A stretch of DNA of 63,751 nt, filler included, from Reclinomonas americana ATCC 50394 (GCA_048213135.1; 11 parts of 7 records of this genome joined end to end with filler, not necessarily neighbours in it); one strand, 5' to 3'; numbered from the whole stretch's first letter, positions 40,029 through 55,998 are shown. Numbers and translations are program-made. Notes: generated by a model not told the origin, from the letters alone.

Positions 40029-40116
40029 CACCTCACTTACACGCGCGGTCGATGTCGAAGTAATCCACCTGCCCATGCCAGTCGACGGAATACACACGCC
40101 GTTGTGAGCTGTGAGA
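40029..40116. promoter_or_regulatory. Putative compact bidirectional promoter between MCM3 and the androglobin-like gene
   Basis: Divergent ATGs at 40028 (-) and 40117 (+) are only 88 bp apart. Confidence 0.55.
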
Positions 40117-41260
40117 ATGCCACCAAAAGGTCTCTTCCCCTTGCTGCTTCACTGAAGAGTGCTGTGACTCACTCAGTGTGTGTGTGTGCGTGTGTGTTGC
40201 AGCGGCAGGCAAGGGTGGAAAAGCGGGCAAGAAAGGCGCAGTGGATGTGCCACCAGTGACGGATTTCGGCGACTGGGACCCCTCCGTGCTCGTCCGCGAG
40301 AACTTTGTGGTGGCCGAGGGCGAAGGCAGGTTCCAGGACCCCGAAGGTAACGTGCCGCGCCTCCACACACGCGTCCTGCTGCTGCTCATTGTCGTCGCAG
40401 GCGTGAATGCATTGCCGGCGTATGTGGCGCAGTTGACCGCCAACTGGGTGAGCATTGCGGAGTATGCACAGCGTGTAGCTGGTGAACGTGCTGCTGCTGC
40501 TATGGCTGTGGCTGCCTCATCGCGACCGGCATCGGCCAGTGCCCCACCCAGCAGCATTGGCAGTGGTGGTGATGAGTTGTCGCTGGGATCGGCCGATGAT
40601 GCGCCTCCTGCTGTGGTTCCAGAGGTCGTACCGCCGATTGTACCGGTGACGTATACAGTGGTGCGGCGTGTCACAGTGCCGGTGCCGCCGCGTCGTGGAA
40701 CGTCGTCGTCGTCGTCGTCGGCACCACCGAGTCGTCCCACCAGTGCGACGGCGGCGGCAGCGTCGCCACCGCCGCCACCAGAGGACACGAATGAGGGCGC
40801 AAGTGGCGTCGAGTCGGCTGAGGAGCGCGAGAGTGCGTCCGCATGCTCGTTTGTCATCGTTGCCGTCTCGTGGTGTCTCACACACGCGGGCATGGAGCAG
40901 TGTTTGAGCGAATGCAGCGGAGGTACTTGCAGCGACTGCGCGAGTATCGTGAGCTGCGATGCTTGTCGGTGCCGAGTCCGGTGCATGCGTCCATGGGCGG
41001 CAACGAGGCGATGCATGTGCACTGGATGATGTCGGTGATCCTGGCGGTCGCCAACTCCACCGAGAGCATGCTGGCCATTCCGAGTGGCTACTTTATGTGG
41101 GAGCAGATTCAGCCGTCGGCGGCCACGCTGGAGCGCAGACTCGATGTGGACGAGGATGCGCCACCGCCACCGCCAGAGACGCCCGAGTCTGTGGCGTTGC
41201 CTGTCGTCAGTCCGAACGGGCAGTACCTCGTGCGACTCTTCCTCAATGGTGCATCACATT
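40117..41260 (+). CDS. Androglobin/calpain-like protein, 5' exons on the same inverted contig
   Basis: MPPK|AAGKGGK...FGDWDPSVLVRENF...RFQDPEG, SEAMHVHWM-like segment, FMWEQIQP, and LPVVSPNGQYLVRLFLNG (calpain 'GxYxVxLxxNG' motif). Confidence 0.6.
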
Positions 41261-41401
41261 NNNNNNNNNNNNNNNNNNNNNNNNNNNNNNNNNNNNNNNN
41301 NNNNNNNNNNNNNNNNNNNNNNNNNNNNNNNNNNNNNNNNNNNNNNNNNNNNNNNNNNNNNNNTGATTTTCATCCATCATCGTCGGTTTTTCCGAGGGCA
41401 G

Positions 41402-44343
<2,942 letters not shown>

Positions 44344-45371
44344 GCGCGCGTGGTGGGTGCGGGGAGAGAGAGGGAGAGTGTATATGTGCGCGCGTAGTGC
44401 AGTGTGCGGTGCAGTGTTGATGCGGTTGCGACGGTATTGTCGATTTTGTGAATTGACTGCTCTTCGAATGGCGACTAGCAGCCTACACACACACGCAACT
44501 TCAATTTCGGACTCATCTGTTGATGACATGTGCGGTCGAAGATGGCAGCGATTAAGCGAACGTGCAGTGCCGAGTGTCGAGCGCCACCGGGGCCAGCTTA
44601 TTCAACCGAGGTGCCTGTTGGTTGGTTACATACACCAGCCAATGCACCAATCATCCCCCAAAGGCAAAAACCGCCCGTGCGTGTACGTGTGCACGATCGA
44701 TCGGAACCGGAGCGCCAGCATGGCAAAGATACTGTAAGTAGCATTCAACTCTGCAGTGCGTGTGGGCGCGTGTACTTGCGTGATTCGCAAGCTCGGAAAT
44801 GTGTGCGTTGTGCGTATCTCGACTTTCAGACATTTGTGATGCACACCTGTTTTCCGCTTTCGGAGACGCGTGCGTTCATGAATTCCAATCGCCGCCTGTT
44901 GCAGTCGGTCCTCGCCTGCAAAAACTCGCAGCCGCCCACATGTATCAGCGAAGTGCGTCCGAGCGCGTGTTGCGCAAGTGTGGCCAGGTGCGGAGTTCGA
45001 AGACAACAATCGGACAAGCCGCGCCCTCCACACACACGCGTGTCCCCACTGCGACGCACACCGCGAGCTGCATGGAGAGCGCGCGCACGTGTCTGTGAAA
45101 GAAGACAGACAGAGCAAGATGCGCAGCGCATGTTGAATTTGCAGCGGGCCACGGCTTGCACTTGCCGCGCCAGCGGACTTTGAGTCGGTGTGTTCCTTTT
45201 CTTATTTCGATTGTGCGAGAGCGGAAGCAAACAGTGCAGCGCCAAGTCGTGCGTGCGTGGTGCTGTTATCGACCACACACACGCACACACACACGCACAC
45301 AGTGTGTCACACAGCTGTCTGCGAGTGAGTGCGTGGAGTGAGTGAGAGAGAGAGAGACCGTTTGTCAATCG

Positions 45372-48022
45372 ATGAGCGCTTTTCAGCCGCACTCCGCTGC
45401 CGCAACAACAGCAGCAGAGGAGGATGATGAGCAGCAACGACTCACTGCCAGAGCTGCACAACAACAACAAGACGACGACGATGGTCCAAATCCTCTGCTT
45501 GCAGCTGCTGCACTACAGAGCCTCCAACAACAACAGCAACAGCAAGAAGGTGGCGATTACCAGCACAGTGGCAGTGAAGGCGGCATGAGTGGCGAGGACG
45601 ATGCCGGCGAGGAGTATGACGAGCTGGAGGAGGAGGAGGATGCCGAGTATGACCAATCGGCCACTCAGCAACATCACCACTTGTCAATGACATCAGCTGA
45701 TCTGCTGCAGGCGCCTCCTCTGCGTCGGCGGAGTAGTGGTGGTGGTGGTGGTGGTGTGCCTGTGGGAGTGCATCATCAGGTGGGAGGCAGGAGGCAGCCG
45801 CCAGTGGGATTCAGTNNNNNNNNNNNNNNNNNNNNNNNNNNNNNNNNNNNNNNNNNNNNNNNNNNNNNNNNNNNNNNNNNNNNNNNNNNNNNNNNNNNNN
45901 NNNNNNNNNNNNNNNNNNNNNNNNNNNNNNNNNNNNNNNNNNNNNNNNNNNNNNNNNNNNNNNNNNNNNNNNNNNNNNNNNNNNNNNNNNNNNNNNNNNN
46001 NNNNNNNNNNNNNNNNNNNNNNNNNNNNNNNNNNNNNNNNNNNNNNNNNNNNNNNNNNNNNNNNNNNNNNNNNNNNNNNNNNNNNNNNNNNNNNNNNNNN
46101 NNNNNNNNNNNNNNNNNNNNNNNNNNNNNNNNNNNNNNNNNNNNNNNNNNNNNNNNNNNNNNNACAAAAACAAAGAAACAAACAAAACACACGAGTGGCG
46201 GACATGTTCATCACACCACACACACACACACGCTCTCTCCCATACACACCAGCACTCGCCACGAACAACAAGCAGACAGAAACGACAATAAGAAGACACG
46301 CAACCGAACACACTCCTCTTGCGTGTGTCGTTCTCCCTGTGCTTGCTGCACCCTACTACTGCCCTGTCAAACACACACGCGCACGCACCGGATTGACAGC
46401 AAACTCGGCCAAGAGTATCGACTTTGCAGCATCNNNNNNNNNNNNNNNNNNNNNNNNNNNNNNNNNNNNNNNNNNNNNNNNNNNNNNNNNNNNNNNNNNN
46501 NNNNNNNNNNNNNNNNNNNNNNNNNNNNNNNNNNNNNNNNNNNNNNNNNNNNNNNNNNNNNNNNNNNNNNNNNNNNNNNNNNNNNNNNNNNNNNNNNNNN
46601 NNNNNNNNNNNNNNNNNNNNNNNNNNNNNNNNNNNNNNNNNNNNNNNNNNNNNNNNNNNNNNNNNNNNNNNNNNNNNNNNNNNNNNNNNNNNNNNNNNNN
46701 NNNNNNNNNNNNNNNNNNNNNNNNNNNNNNNNNNNNNNNNNNNNNNNNNNNNNNNNNNNNNNNNNNNNNNNNNNNNNNNNNNNNNNNNNNNNNNNNNNNN
46801 NNNNNNNNNNNNNNNNNNNNNNNNNNNNNNNNNNNNNNNNNNNNNNNNNNNNNNNNNNNNNNNNNNNNNNNNNNNNNNNNNNNNNNNNNNNNNNNNNNNN
46901 NNNNNNNNNNNNNNNNNNNNNNNNNNNNNNNNNNNNNNNNNNNNNNNNNNNNNNNNNNNNNNNNNNNNNNNNNNNNNNNNNNNNNNNNNNNNNNNNNNNN
47001 NNNGCCTTTTTTGCGCTTGTGGTTAGATAAGCGCTATATTAAGTCCGCCACCACTCGACCTATTGTGCACTCTGTGTGTGAGTGTTTTGTGATTGCACGG
47101 GTGTGCGTCTGTCGCTGTCGTGTCTGCTGGGCAAAACCTCATGTCTAACTCTTTGTGTTTTGCTTTTGCTTCTTTTGGAGTTGTGATTGCCATTGATCAT
47201 GTCTCTTCCCTTTCTGTTTTCTCTTTCACTCATGTGCGATGTGCGGGGTGCATGCAGTACCCGGATTGGCGCCGGAAACGCGTCTTGGCCACCGAGCTCG
47301 GTCGCACATTGTCGTCCATCACCAGTTACGTGTTTGGACGCTCGACACTTGTTTCTTGCAAAAATCGCTGCGCTGTTTCTCGAGTTTTTCTGTCAACTCC
47401 TGTCGTCGCGATCGTTTGCTGTCGCGCTGCGCGCGATTGCACCATTTGTTCGAGTCACTGATTTCGATGGGTGCACACTTGCACAGGCTGGTTCGAGAAT
47501 GAGCGGAAACGACGACGCAGACGAGGCGCTTGGCCCCAGTTTTCGCGTCACGCGTCACCTGCCGTTCTGAATCCTACAGTTGGTGCGCATGCTGCCATGC
47601 TTGCGCATGCCGGTGTCAACCAGACCGGCGTGCCACTGCCAACTGCTGCTTCTGCTTCCGCACATCACGTGTCTGTCGGCTTTACGAGTCTGAGCCATCA
47701 TCCTGCAGGCCTGGATGGCGTCGGTCTCGGAACTCCCGGTATAAATCACGGCCTCTTGCATGGCCTGGAATCGGCGACACCACAGTCGCCACTCGCCGCC
47801 TTGTCGGCGCAACATGTACAACAACTTCAGCAACAACACCTATTGGCGCACCAGCGCAGCGCCTCTTCCCTACTGGCCTTGTCGAGCCCACTAGAGTTTG
47901 GCGGCGGCAGCGGCAGCAATGGCAACATTGGCGCGACGGGCACGCTCTCGGTTGAGCAGCGACGGCTCCTCGCTGGCGCCGCCGACAGCGCCACCACACT
48001 ACCTCAACTGGGCTCCATGCTA
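45372..48022 (+). CDS. Homeobox transcription factor with Q/acidic low-complexity regions (spans gaps)
   Basis: YPDWRRKRVLATELGRTLSSIT|SWFENERKRRRR after removing intron 47325-47486. Linkage of the 45372 exon across gaps is inferred. Confidence 0.75.
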
Positions 48023-48149
48023 NNNNNNNNNNNNNNNNNNNNNNNNNNNNNNNNNNNNNNNNNNNNTTAATTAATTAANNNNNNNNNNNNNNNNNNNNNN
48101 NNNNNNNNNNNNNNNNNNNNNNTCTTAACTCTCTCCATCACATCACAAA

Positions 48150-49524
48150 ATGCCTCTGCCGCATCCAGGCAAATACGCTGATCACGCGCATGAGATCAAC
48201 GGCATCCTGCTCAGTTGCGTTGCTTGCACACCTCATCATCATTTGCGCGTGTGCCTGTGCGCGTGTGTTTGCACATCGACATGGGCATGCCCTCCCCTCG
48301 CCTCTCTCTCTCTCTCTTGCTTGTGCTCACCGTTGTGTGTGTCGTGCAGCTGAGCATGAGATGATCGATGGCGCGCGAATCCGCTTCATGAAGCCGGTTT
48401 GCACTTCCCGTGTGTCTCTCTCTTGTGAGTCTTGGGCATGCTCTGACCATGTCCACACTCTCTCTTCACGCAGCTGAGCTTGTCACGCACGCGGTCACTG
48501 ATCCTCACACACATGATCAACTTGAACTCGCGAATGTCGGCGTACCAGTTTGGCGTGCAGACGGAGTGGAAGAACGTTCTGTCAGCGAGAGAAGAGGATC
48601 GGAACAGTGTATGTGTGTGCTGACTGCCCCTTCTGCAGTTCATGCTGATGGCGCAGCGCGACAGCAGTGGCACATTCACAGCCAATGGGCGGTTCCAGAA
48701 GGATCGGGTGCGTTCCACACGCCTTTGTCACTGGTAGAGCAGAGATGCTGATTTGATGCATGCATGCGAGCGCAGTTCGACTCGTTTGCAGTGTACCACT
48801 TGGCCAAGGACAGGGGCATGGAGTTCTGGCAGGCGGGCGTCGATGTGGGATCACAAGCGGATCCGTGGCAGGTGTCGGCGTCGTACATGAAGGGCAGTGT
48901 GTCGGCCTCAGTGATGAAGTCGCTCACTCCGCGCTGGTCGGCCGGTGTCGAAATCAAGCACAAGTTGCGGCGATCCTGCTTGAGCTGGAGAGGAAGAAGT
49001 CCTCGGTGCTCATTGGTTGTTTGCACAGTGCTGCGTACCTGGGTCGCGCTCAAGATTCGCCTCGTATTCCTGAAACCATTCTCGGAGCGGCCGCTCGCTA
49101 CGAGACACCACACTGGGTGGCCACGCTGGAGGCCACCTCGCAGAAGCGCATTGTGGCCTCGTACACCCGCAAGCTAACATCCAGAGCGTCCATTGGCACG
49201 CTTCTGAGGACGGATCTGTCGGATCCGGCATCGTCGGTGGTGAAGATTGGCTACGACTACCGTCTCGCGCAGCCGGCCTACGGCATCAACTCGCGAGTGC
49301 GTGGAACCGTGGAGTTTGGCCGCAAGGCGAATCGCGTGGCGTGTGCCTTTGAGGAGCGTGTGTCGGAGTCAAACACGTTCATTCTGCACGGCGACCTCGT
49401 GTACAGCGATCGCCCACAGTACAAGTTGCGTCGATGAGGAAGAAGGAGAGGGTGGAGAAATGAGATTCTTACCTGCTGTGTTGTGCGGTGCAGGTTCGGC
49501 ATTGGTCTCAACTACGGCCACTAA
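48150..49524 (+). CDS. TOM40: Mitochondrial outer membrane translocase Tom40
   Basis: MPLPHPGKYADHAHEING, beta-barrel alternating strands, SVMKSLTPRWSAGVE, VKIGYDY, SRVRG, C-terminal YK|FGIGLNYG beta-signal. Confidence 0.8.
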
Positions 49525-50128
49525 GCTGCTTTGTGGGATCAACTGTAGTCGGTGGTGGTGGTGATGGTGTGGCCTCCTTTCTTGATTCTTCGATGGTGTC
49601 ATGTCGTTGCATTTCTTTGTATCTCATTCACTCGCCTCTCTCTTTTTCCTTTGCTCCCTTCCCCTTTCTCCCTCGCCTGCTTCCTCTCCTTCTCACTCGC
49701 TCCGTTTCTTTGCCACCATGTCCTCCCCGTCCAGCCTCGCACCTTGTGTGCGAGAGAAACAAGTTTGTTCTGGTCGGTGGATGAGTGTGTGGGAGAAGAA
49801 GGAATGGTGAATGTGGGGGGAAAAGGCAAAGTCGGTGGTAGAAGAGGAGGAGGAGGGGGTGGGAGGGAGGGTGACGTGGTGTGTGTGTGTGCGATGAGTG
49901 TGGCGTCTGGCAGCACTGTTGATGGGAGATGGAGAGTGAGGTTGCTAATTTGGTGGTGGGCGGCACAGCTCACAGCGTGGCGGGTGTGTGACGCACGATG
50001 TCCCTGTTTACCTCTCTTATTATTCTTCCCGAGTTAACGCAATAGATTGTTGGTCTCGTCTTTTTCTCTCTCTCCAGTTTTTTTTTGCGTCGTCGTTGTT
50101 ACTCTGCCACCCGTTGTGTGCGTGTATG

Positions 50129-50164
<36 letters not shown>

Positions 50165-50340
50165 TGGTCCGTTCGAGTTGGGCCTTTGATAATGTAGCTA
50201 GAAGTGCATGCGTTTGCCATATTATGATGTTCGTTTACAATGTATTCACGACGCCAGTGTAGTGGTGGTACAACAAAAAAACAGTGGACTGCCACAACAT
50301 ATTTAAAAAAACACACGCAGTAGCAGGAGCCGCCCACCGC

Positions 50341-51660
50341 TTATTCGTCGTCAGCGGCCTCGTTGTCGGTCACCGTTGCTTCTGCTGCGTCGGCGTTGGC
50401 CTTGGAGGCGTCGGGCTTCACTGGCGGGAAGTTGTAGACGAGAATGTCGCGCCACGCCGAAACGATGCGGTTCACCGTCTGCTGCAGCACCTCCTTCTCG
50501 CCCTTGCGCAGGCGCACAGCCGAGCGCACATTCGGCGACAGCGTGCGCTTCAGACGCTGCTCGTCCTCCTCAATCGACGTCTCGTACTCGCGGAACATGG
50601 TCTCGGCGGCGGCCAGCACCGTGCGGAACATGGTCAGCTCGTTGTCGAGCGACACGCCCACCGAGGTATCGTTCGTCGCCGCCAGGCGCACCAGATCCTG
50701 ACCCTTGGCCAGCTGCACAACAGAGAGGGCGATGTCAGCGCAGCTGGCACACAAGCACACACATTTGTGAGGGAAAAGAGAAACACACACACCTGAATGC
50801 GCAGCGCAGTGAACAGCTCGTCGGGGCTCTCGGTGAGCGACAGGAAGAAGAAGCCGTCGGTGTTGATCTTGCGCAGCTCCAGAATGGCCTTCTTCAGCTT
50901 GACGTCCTCGGCCTCGTCGTTCAGACGAGTGTTGATGAGCACGACATCGTACGAGGGATCGTCGAGCACGTAGCCGTTCGACAGCAGCAGATCGAGGTTG
51001 GTCTTCTTGCCCGTGTTGACAAACACCTGCTCGCCCTTGGCAAAGTCGGCGCCGGCCAGCACGTCAAACGAGCGCGTCTCGTTGTTGAACTTGAAATCGG
51101 TCGGCACGTTGCCGTGGTTGATCATGTCCAGGCCGGGGATGAGGCACACCACCGAGCCGTCGGCCAGGTTGAGCGTGAACGAGCGCGCCGCCACAGTCGA
51201 CACGGCCCACTTGAAATCGTCAAAGGTGAACTTGTCCTTGGGGAAGACCTCCGCGTACGTGCTATTGCCCTGCACAAACTCGGAGAGCGACTCGTACGTC
51301 GACTGCATCTGCTCCAGACGCGACTTGGCGAGCGACACAATGCTCGATCCCTTCAGCTCCTTCATCTCGGCCTCGGAAAAGTACAACGGCGTGTTGTACG
51401 TCGTCGGCAACGCATTCAGCCAGCCGCTGAACTTGGACTCGGCGTTGTACTTTTCCGCCAGCACCGCCAGCCCGAGCAAGAGTTGATCGTTGACCTGTCC
51501 GATTTCACACACATGAGTGACTTGCGTGAGGCGGTCCCATGCAAGCAATACGACGCACCTCTGGGTACGCATCGACGAGGAACTTGAGCGTGACAGTACG
51601 CGCCACGCGGCTGTTGAGGAAGGTGTCCACGGGGATCGACATCATCAACTCGCCAGTCTG
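50341..51660 (-). CDS. SET-domain protein of the SETD3/Rubisco-LSMT class (5' end in gap)
   Basis: WLNALPTTYNTPLYF, DDFKWAVSTVAARSF, LIPGLDMINH, GEQVFVN, and a C-terminal LSMT substrate-binding region (YETSIEEDE...AVRLRKGEKEVL). Confidence 0.85.
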
Positions 51661-51940
51661 CGCAGGGGGAGAGGCACAGAGTGAGAGTCGCCATGCCACG
51701 TGGCATGTCTTGCAACACACACGNNNNNNNNNNNNNNNNNNNNNNNNNNNNNNNNNNNNNNNNNNNNTTAATTAATTAANNNNNNNNNNNNNNNNNNNNN
51801 NNNNNNNNNNNNNNNNNNNNNNNAACCGGTAACCCGGAACCCGTAACCCGTAACCCGTAACCGTACCGTACCGTACCGTACGTACGTACGTACGTACGTA
51901 CGTACGTTACGTAACGTTAACGTACGTACGTACGTACGTC

Positions 51941-52035
<95 letters not shown>

Positions 52036-52074
52036 CCCATCCCTCTCCCCACTCATCTCTCTCTCTTCTCGTAG

Positions 52075-53118
52075 GTCTCCTCGAGCGACGGCTTTGGCTT
52101 TGTGTTCCTCATGCGACCGACACCGGAGCTGTGGACGCTGTCGCTGCCGCATCGCACGCAGATCTTGTACGCGGCCGACATCAGTCAAGTGGTGGCGCAG
52201 TTGAGTCTGCGTCCGGGCTCGGTGGTGGTCGAGTGCGGCACAGGCTCCGGATCGCTGTCGACGGCCTTCGTGCGCGCTGTGCATCCCACTGGCCACGTGC
52301 ACACGTACGAGTTCAACGAGATGCGCGTGCAGTGCGCGCGTGAGGAGTTTGCCGAGCATGGCTTCCTCGGCTCGTATGTGACCGTGTATCATCGTGATGT
52401 GTTGCGTGATGGATTCACGGTGCCCGATGGCTCGGTGGATGCGGTGTTTCTCGACATGCCTGCGCCGTGGGCGGTGTTGCCGGAGGTGCTGCGTGTGTTG
52501 CGGCCGGGTGGACGGGTGGCCACGTTCTCGCCGTGCATTGAGCAGGTGCAGCGCACGTGCGACACGATGCGTGAGCTCGGCCACTTTACGCACGTGTCGA
52601 CCATTGAGAGCCTCGAGAAGCGACACGACGTCAAGGAGATTTTCTATGCGCCTCTCGGACGACCCACACGGCCACCACCACCGCCACCACCACCAGTAGC
52701 AGCAGCAGCAGCGGAGAGCGACAGCAGTCGTGGCAGGAAACGAGGACGCGACGAGGAGGCAGGCGAAAAGGGAGACGAGGAGGGTGAGGAGGACGAGGTG
52801 GAGGAGGAGGAAGACGGCGATGCGATGGAGGAGGATGGGGATTCGAAGAAGAAGGCCACGGCTGCGGCACCGGCGTCACATCCGCCGAATAAGCGCCGGA
52901 AAAAGGTGCATGCGCGTGGTGCCGGCAAGTGCAACAAGCACCTGGAGCACGGTTCGTATGGTTGTTGCCTCGGTGTTTAGTGGGCGGCCACTGACCTCTC
53001 TTTTTCACTCGCAGTGCTGCGCACCGGCAATCGCTACATCACCGCACGACCGCTGCCCGACATGCGTGGCCACACGGGGTTCCTGACGTTTGCACGGAAA
53101 CTCATTACACTGAAATGA
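52075..53118 (+). CDS. TRMT61A: tRNA (adenine-58-N1)-methyltransferase catalytic subunit (5' end in gap)
   Basis: PTPELWTLSLPHRTQILY, ECGTGSGSLS, DAVFLDMPAPW, FSPCIEQVQR, MRGHTGFLTFA. Confidence 0.95.
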
Positions 53119-53187
53119 GAAGTGGCATGCAGCGTGGTCGAGTGTTTTCTAGAATGTGTGGAATGAATACGTGTACTTGCGCGCCCC

Positions 53188-54283
53188 TCAAATCATGCCG
53201 GTGCTGACAATCATCGGCCCCTTCTTCTTTCGCCGCGCGCCACCAGCTCGCGAAATCCCCGCTCCACCGACCACGGCAAACGCCTTCTCCTTCTCACCAC
53301 CTTCCTCCTCGCCATCGCCACTCCGCTGCATCTGATCCCACACCGAGCCCTCCTCCTCCTCCTGACCCGCCGACTTGCCCCTCTTCCCACCACGGTGACG
53401 AGAACCAGCAACCTTGTGCTCTCCACCAGCAGCAGCAGCAGCAGCAGCAGCAGTGGTGGTGGTCGTTGTCGCTGTCTTTGCAGCAGCAGCAGCAGCCACC
53501 TCATCCACTGCCTCCTGCTCATCGTCGTCGTCGTCCTCGTCGCCTTCACCAGCAGCAGACGACGAAGTCGCACGTCGTCGACGACGGAAGCGCCGCTGCT
53601 GCTTCGAGCCGGCCTCCTTGGCCACCGCCCATCCCTCCGCCTGCAGCGCCTCGTCGAGATCTACACGCCACACACACACACACACACTGATCAGTCACAG
53701 AAGCACTCGTGACCGCGAGAGGTCACTCACCAACATCAGTGTAGTCACCGCCTTCCTCGGGCTCGTCTGGCCGCTCCACCTTCTCCACCAGCAGTGCTCC
53801 GAGCTTCGTGTTGACCTCTTGCAGGTTGTTGAGCAGCGTATGATCGCCTCGCTTGCACTCTCTCCACAGTTCCATCGTGTACTTGGCGTGCTGCGCGCGT
53901 GTGTGTGAGAGAGACAGCGAGGTACACAGAGAGAGAGAGAGAGCGCAACTCGTCGAGGTGATCCATCCTCAATCTGCACGTTAAAGTCATTCACACACAC
54001 GTCCTCGTACAGCTCCGTCAGCACGTCCACATCAATGAGCGCTGTATAAGCATACACACAAAGAGTAAGCCACCTCTCACACTCTCTGTTTGTTTGATTG
54101 ACACGCGCCATCGGGGTCGCGGAACCACGAAATGATAGTGTCGCCAAACTCGCGCAGTCTCTCGCGCACATCGTCGACGAACTGATGTTCCACTGCCAGA
54201 CGCAGCGCAGGCCATGCTTGCAACAGAAGCCACACACCACGCTCAAAGTCCGCTCGCCACACCTCAGCCTCTCCCGCAGACAT
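53188..54283 (-). CDS. TSR2: Pre-rRNA-processing protein TSR2
   Basis: FERGVWLLLQAWPALRLAVEH...FNVQIEDGSPRR|HAKYTMELWRECKRGD...AEGWAV. Confidence 0.85.
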
Positions 54284-54329
54284 TTTCAATCAACAACACG
54301 CGCACAGCAGGACACCCTTCGCCGTCTCT

Positions 54330-55998
54330 CTAAAGCTCCTGGTTGAGCAGGTCGGGCGATGGCGGTGAAACGGTGCTCTTCTCGTAAAAGCCCAGTGCCT
54401 GCTTGTAGTCGTCCATCAGGTAGGGCATGCGGAAGCGCGATCCGCGACCGTAGAAGCACTCGGGATTGGTGTCGGCGTCTAGGTTGAACGGCAGCTGCTT
54501 CTGGTTGGGTGAGCGCTTGTTAGCCGGTAGGCGTTCCACCTCTTCCACGTCGTGCGTGAACCAGATTTCGGGTTGGCTGACGGTGGCCCACGAGCGGTCC
54601 ACTTCGATCAGCTGGTCGGAGGAGAAGGTTATGCATGAGGAGGAAGAGGAGGTGTGGGGGGAGGGCGGTAGAGGGGAGAGACAGGCGCAACGTTGCACTG
54701 GGTGGCTGGGTCCCACGAGAAGGTCGGCGGGATGCGGCTCATGTACTCGTCCATCCCTGCGTCATGCACGGTGAGAAAGACTGTGGCGGAGAAAACAACG
54801 AGAGGAAGGGCACGCAACAGTTGACGGCGCGCGTAGCACCCTGCTTCTCAAAGTGCTGCCACAACCAGGCGATTTCCTGCTTCCGCAGCTCCTCGTTCTG
54901 CACGATACAGTCGGTGAGAATACACGCAGCCGCAAGAAAAAAGAGTGTGTTGCCACAGACCGCGGATCCGAGTTCCACTTGGTGCTCCATGATGAGGTTG
55001 TGCACACGGTGCGTGGCGAAGATGCGCTCCATGCCCTTCAGCACCTCGAACTCGTAGCCCTCGACATCGATCTTGATCTGCACGGACGTGTGTAAGAATC
55101 GGCAACGAGGTGACGGCACCCACTTTGATTGTCAGGGCAAACCAGCGCGATATCCTCGTTAATGGCGTCCTCCAAGGAAATGGAGATGGCGTCGGCCTCG
55201 TCCAGCGGCACCTCCTCCGTCACAAAGCCGGTGAACGAACTCTGCATTCGCACTGTGAGCAGCAACACAGGAAATGCCAACCCTCCTCTGTCCGCACGCA
55301 ACATCCTCACTGAGCTTGAATCCGATGCCCGAACGACTGGAGACCGCACGCTCAAACACCTTGACTCGATCGGTGACGTTGTTGAGGTACGCATTCAGGC
55401 GCAGGAAGGAAGCCTGCATGAATGGACAGTCAGCAAGGGAACGAAAGGGGGAGGAGGAGATTTTGCGAAAAAGGACCTGGTAAGGGAATGCCTCGAAGAG
55501 ATACGCACGGCAGCCGTATGAGGCCGCCATCAGGCCGAAGAAGCCAAGGTTGGCCTGTAAACCGTGTCATACGCGAAGCAGAATCAAACGCGACAAGGTT
55601 CAGCAAAATGCGCAACTCCGACATCCACCACCAGCGGGCGCTTCTGGCCCGGCAGACGCGGCGCCTTGCAGTGCTTGGTCAACACTCGATGGAACACCGC
55701 GGCCAGCGTGTGCTGGAAGAGACCGCTTCGTTGCAGCCACTGCCACGACACAGCCGTCACACAATGGAAAGGGAAAGAACAATTTACAACGCGACGCAAC
55801 AATGCCCATGGGCTCGTCGGGCACCGCCAACATCATTGGCGGATTCGTGGCCGTTGCCGTGAGCTTGATCGACGGGCGCTGTGTCGCACACACTCATGTC
55901 AACGCAGGCACTCTCACACACACATGCACACCGGCACACGGAGGAACCTTGGCAGAGTTGAAATCGCGAACCCACTCTTGCACCGCGTCTGCTCACCA
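54330..55998 (-). CDS. FkbM-family SAM-dependent methyltransferase (5' end in gap)
   Basis: VVDVG|ANLGFFGL, YLFEAFP, LNAYLN, IKIDVEGYEFEVLKGM. Confidence 0.88.

Noticed and set aside
51824..51942. TAACCCG/TACG repeats resembling a telomere or satellite (also 8800-8863 and 61740-61849)
   Set aside because: They occur at contig ends after long (CT)n/(GA)n runs and follow the TACG flow order, so they are pyrosequencing run-off.
54783..54818. GTTGCG at 54818 as another shifted donor
   Set aside because: It would give a 36-nt intron, and an in-phase G|GT donor at 54840 gives a more typical length, so it was left out of the count.
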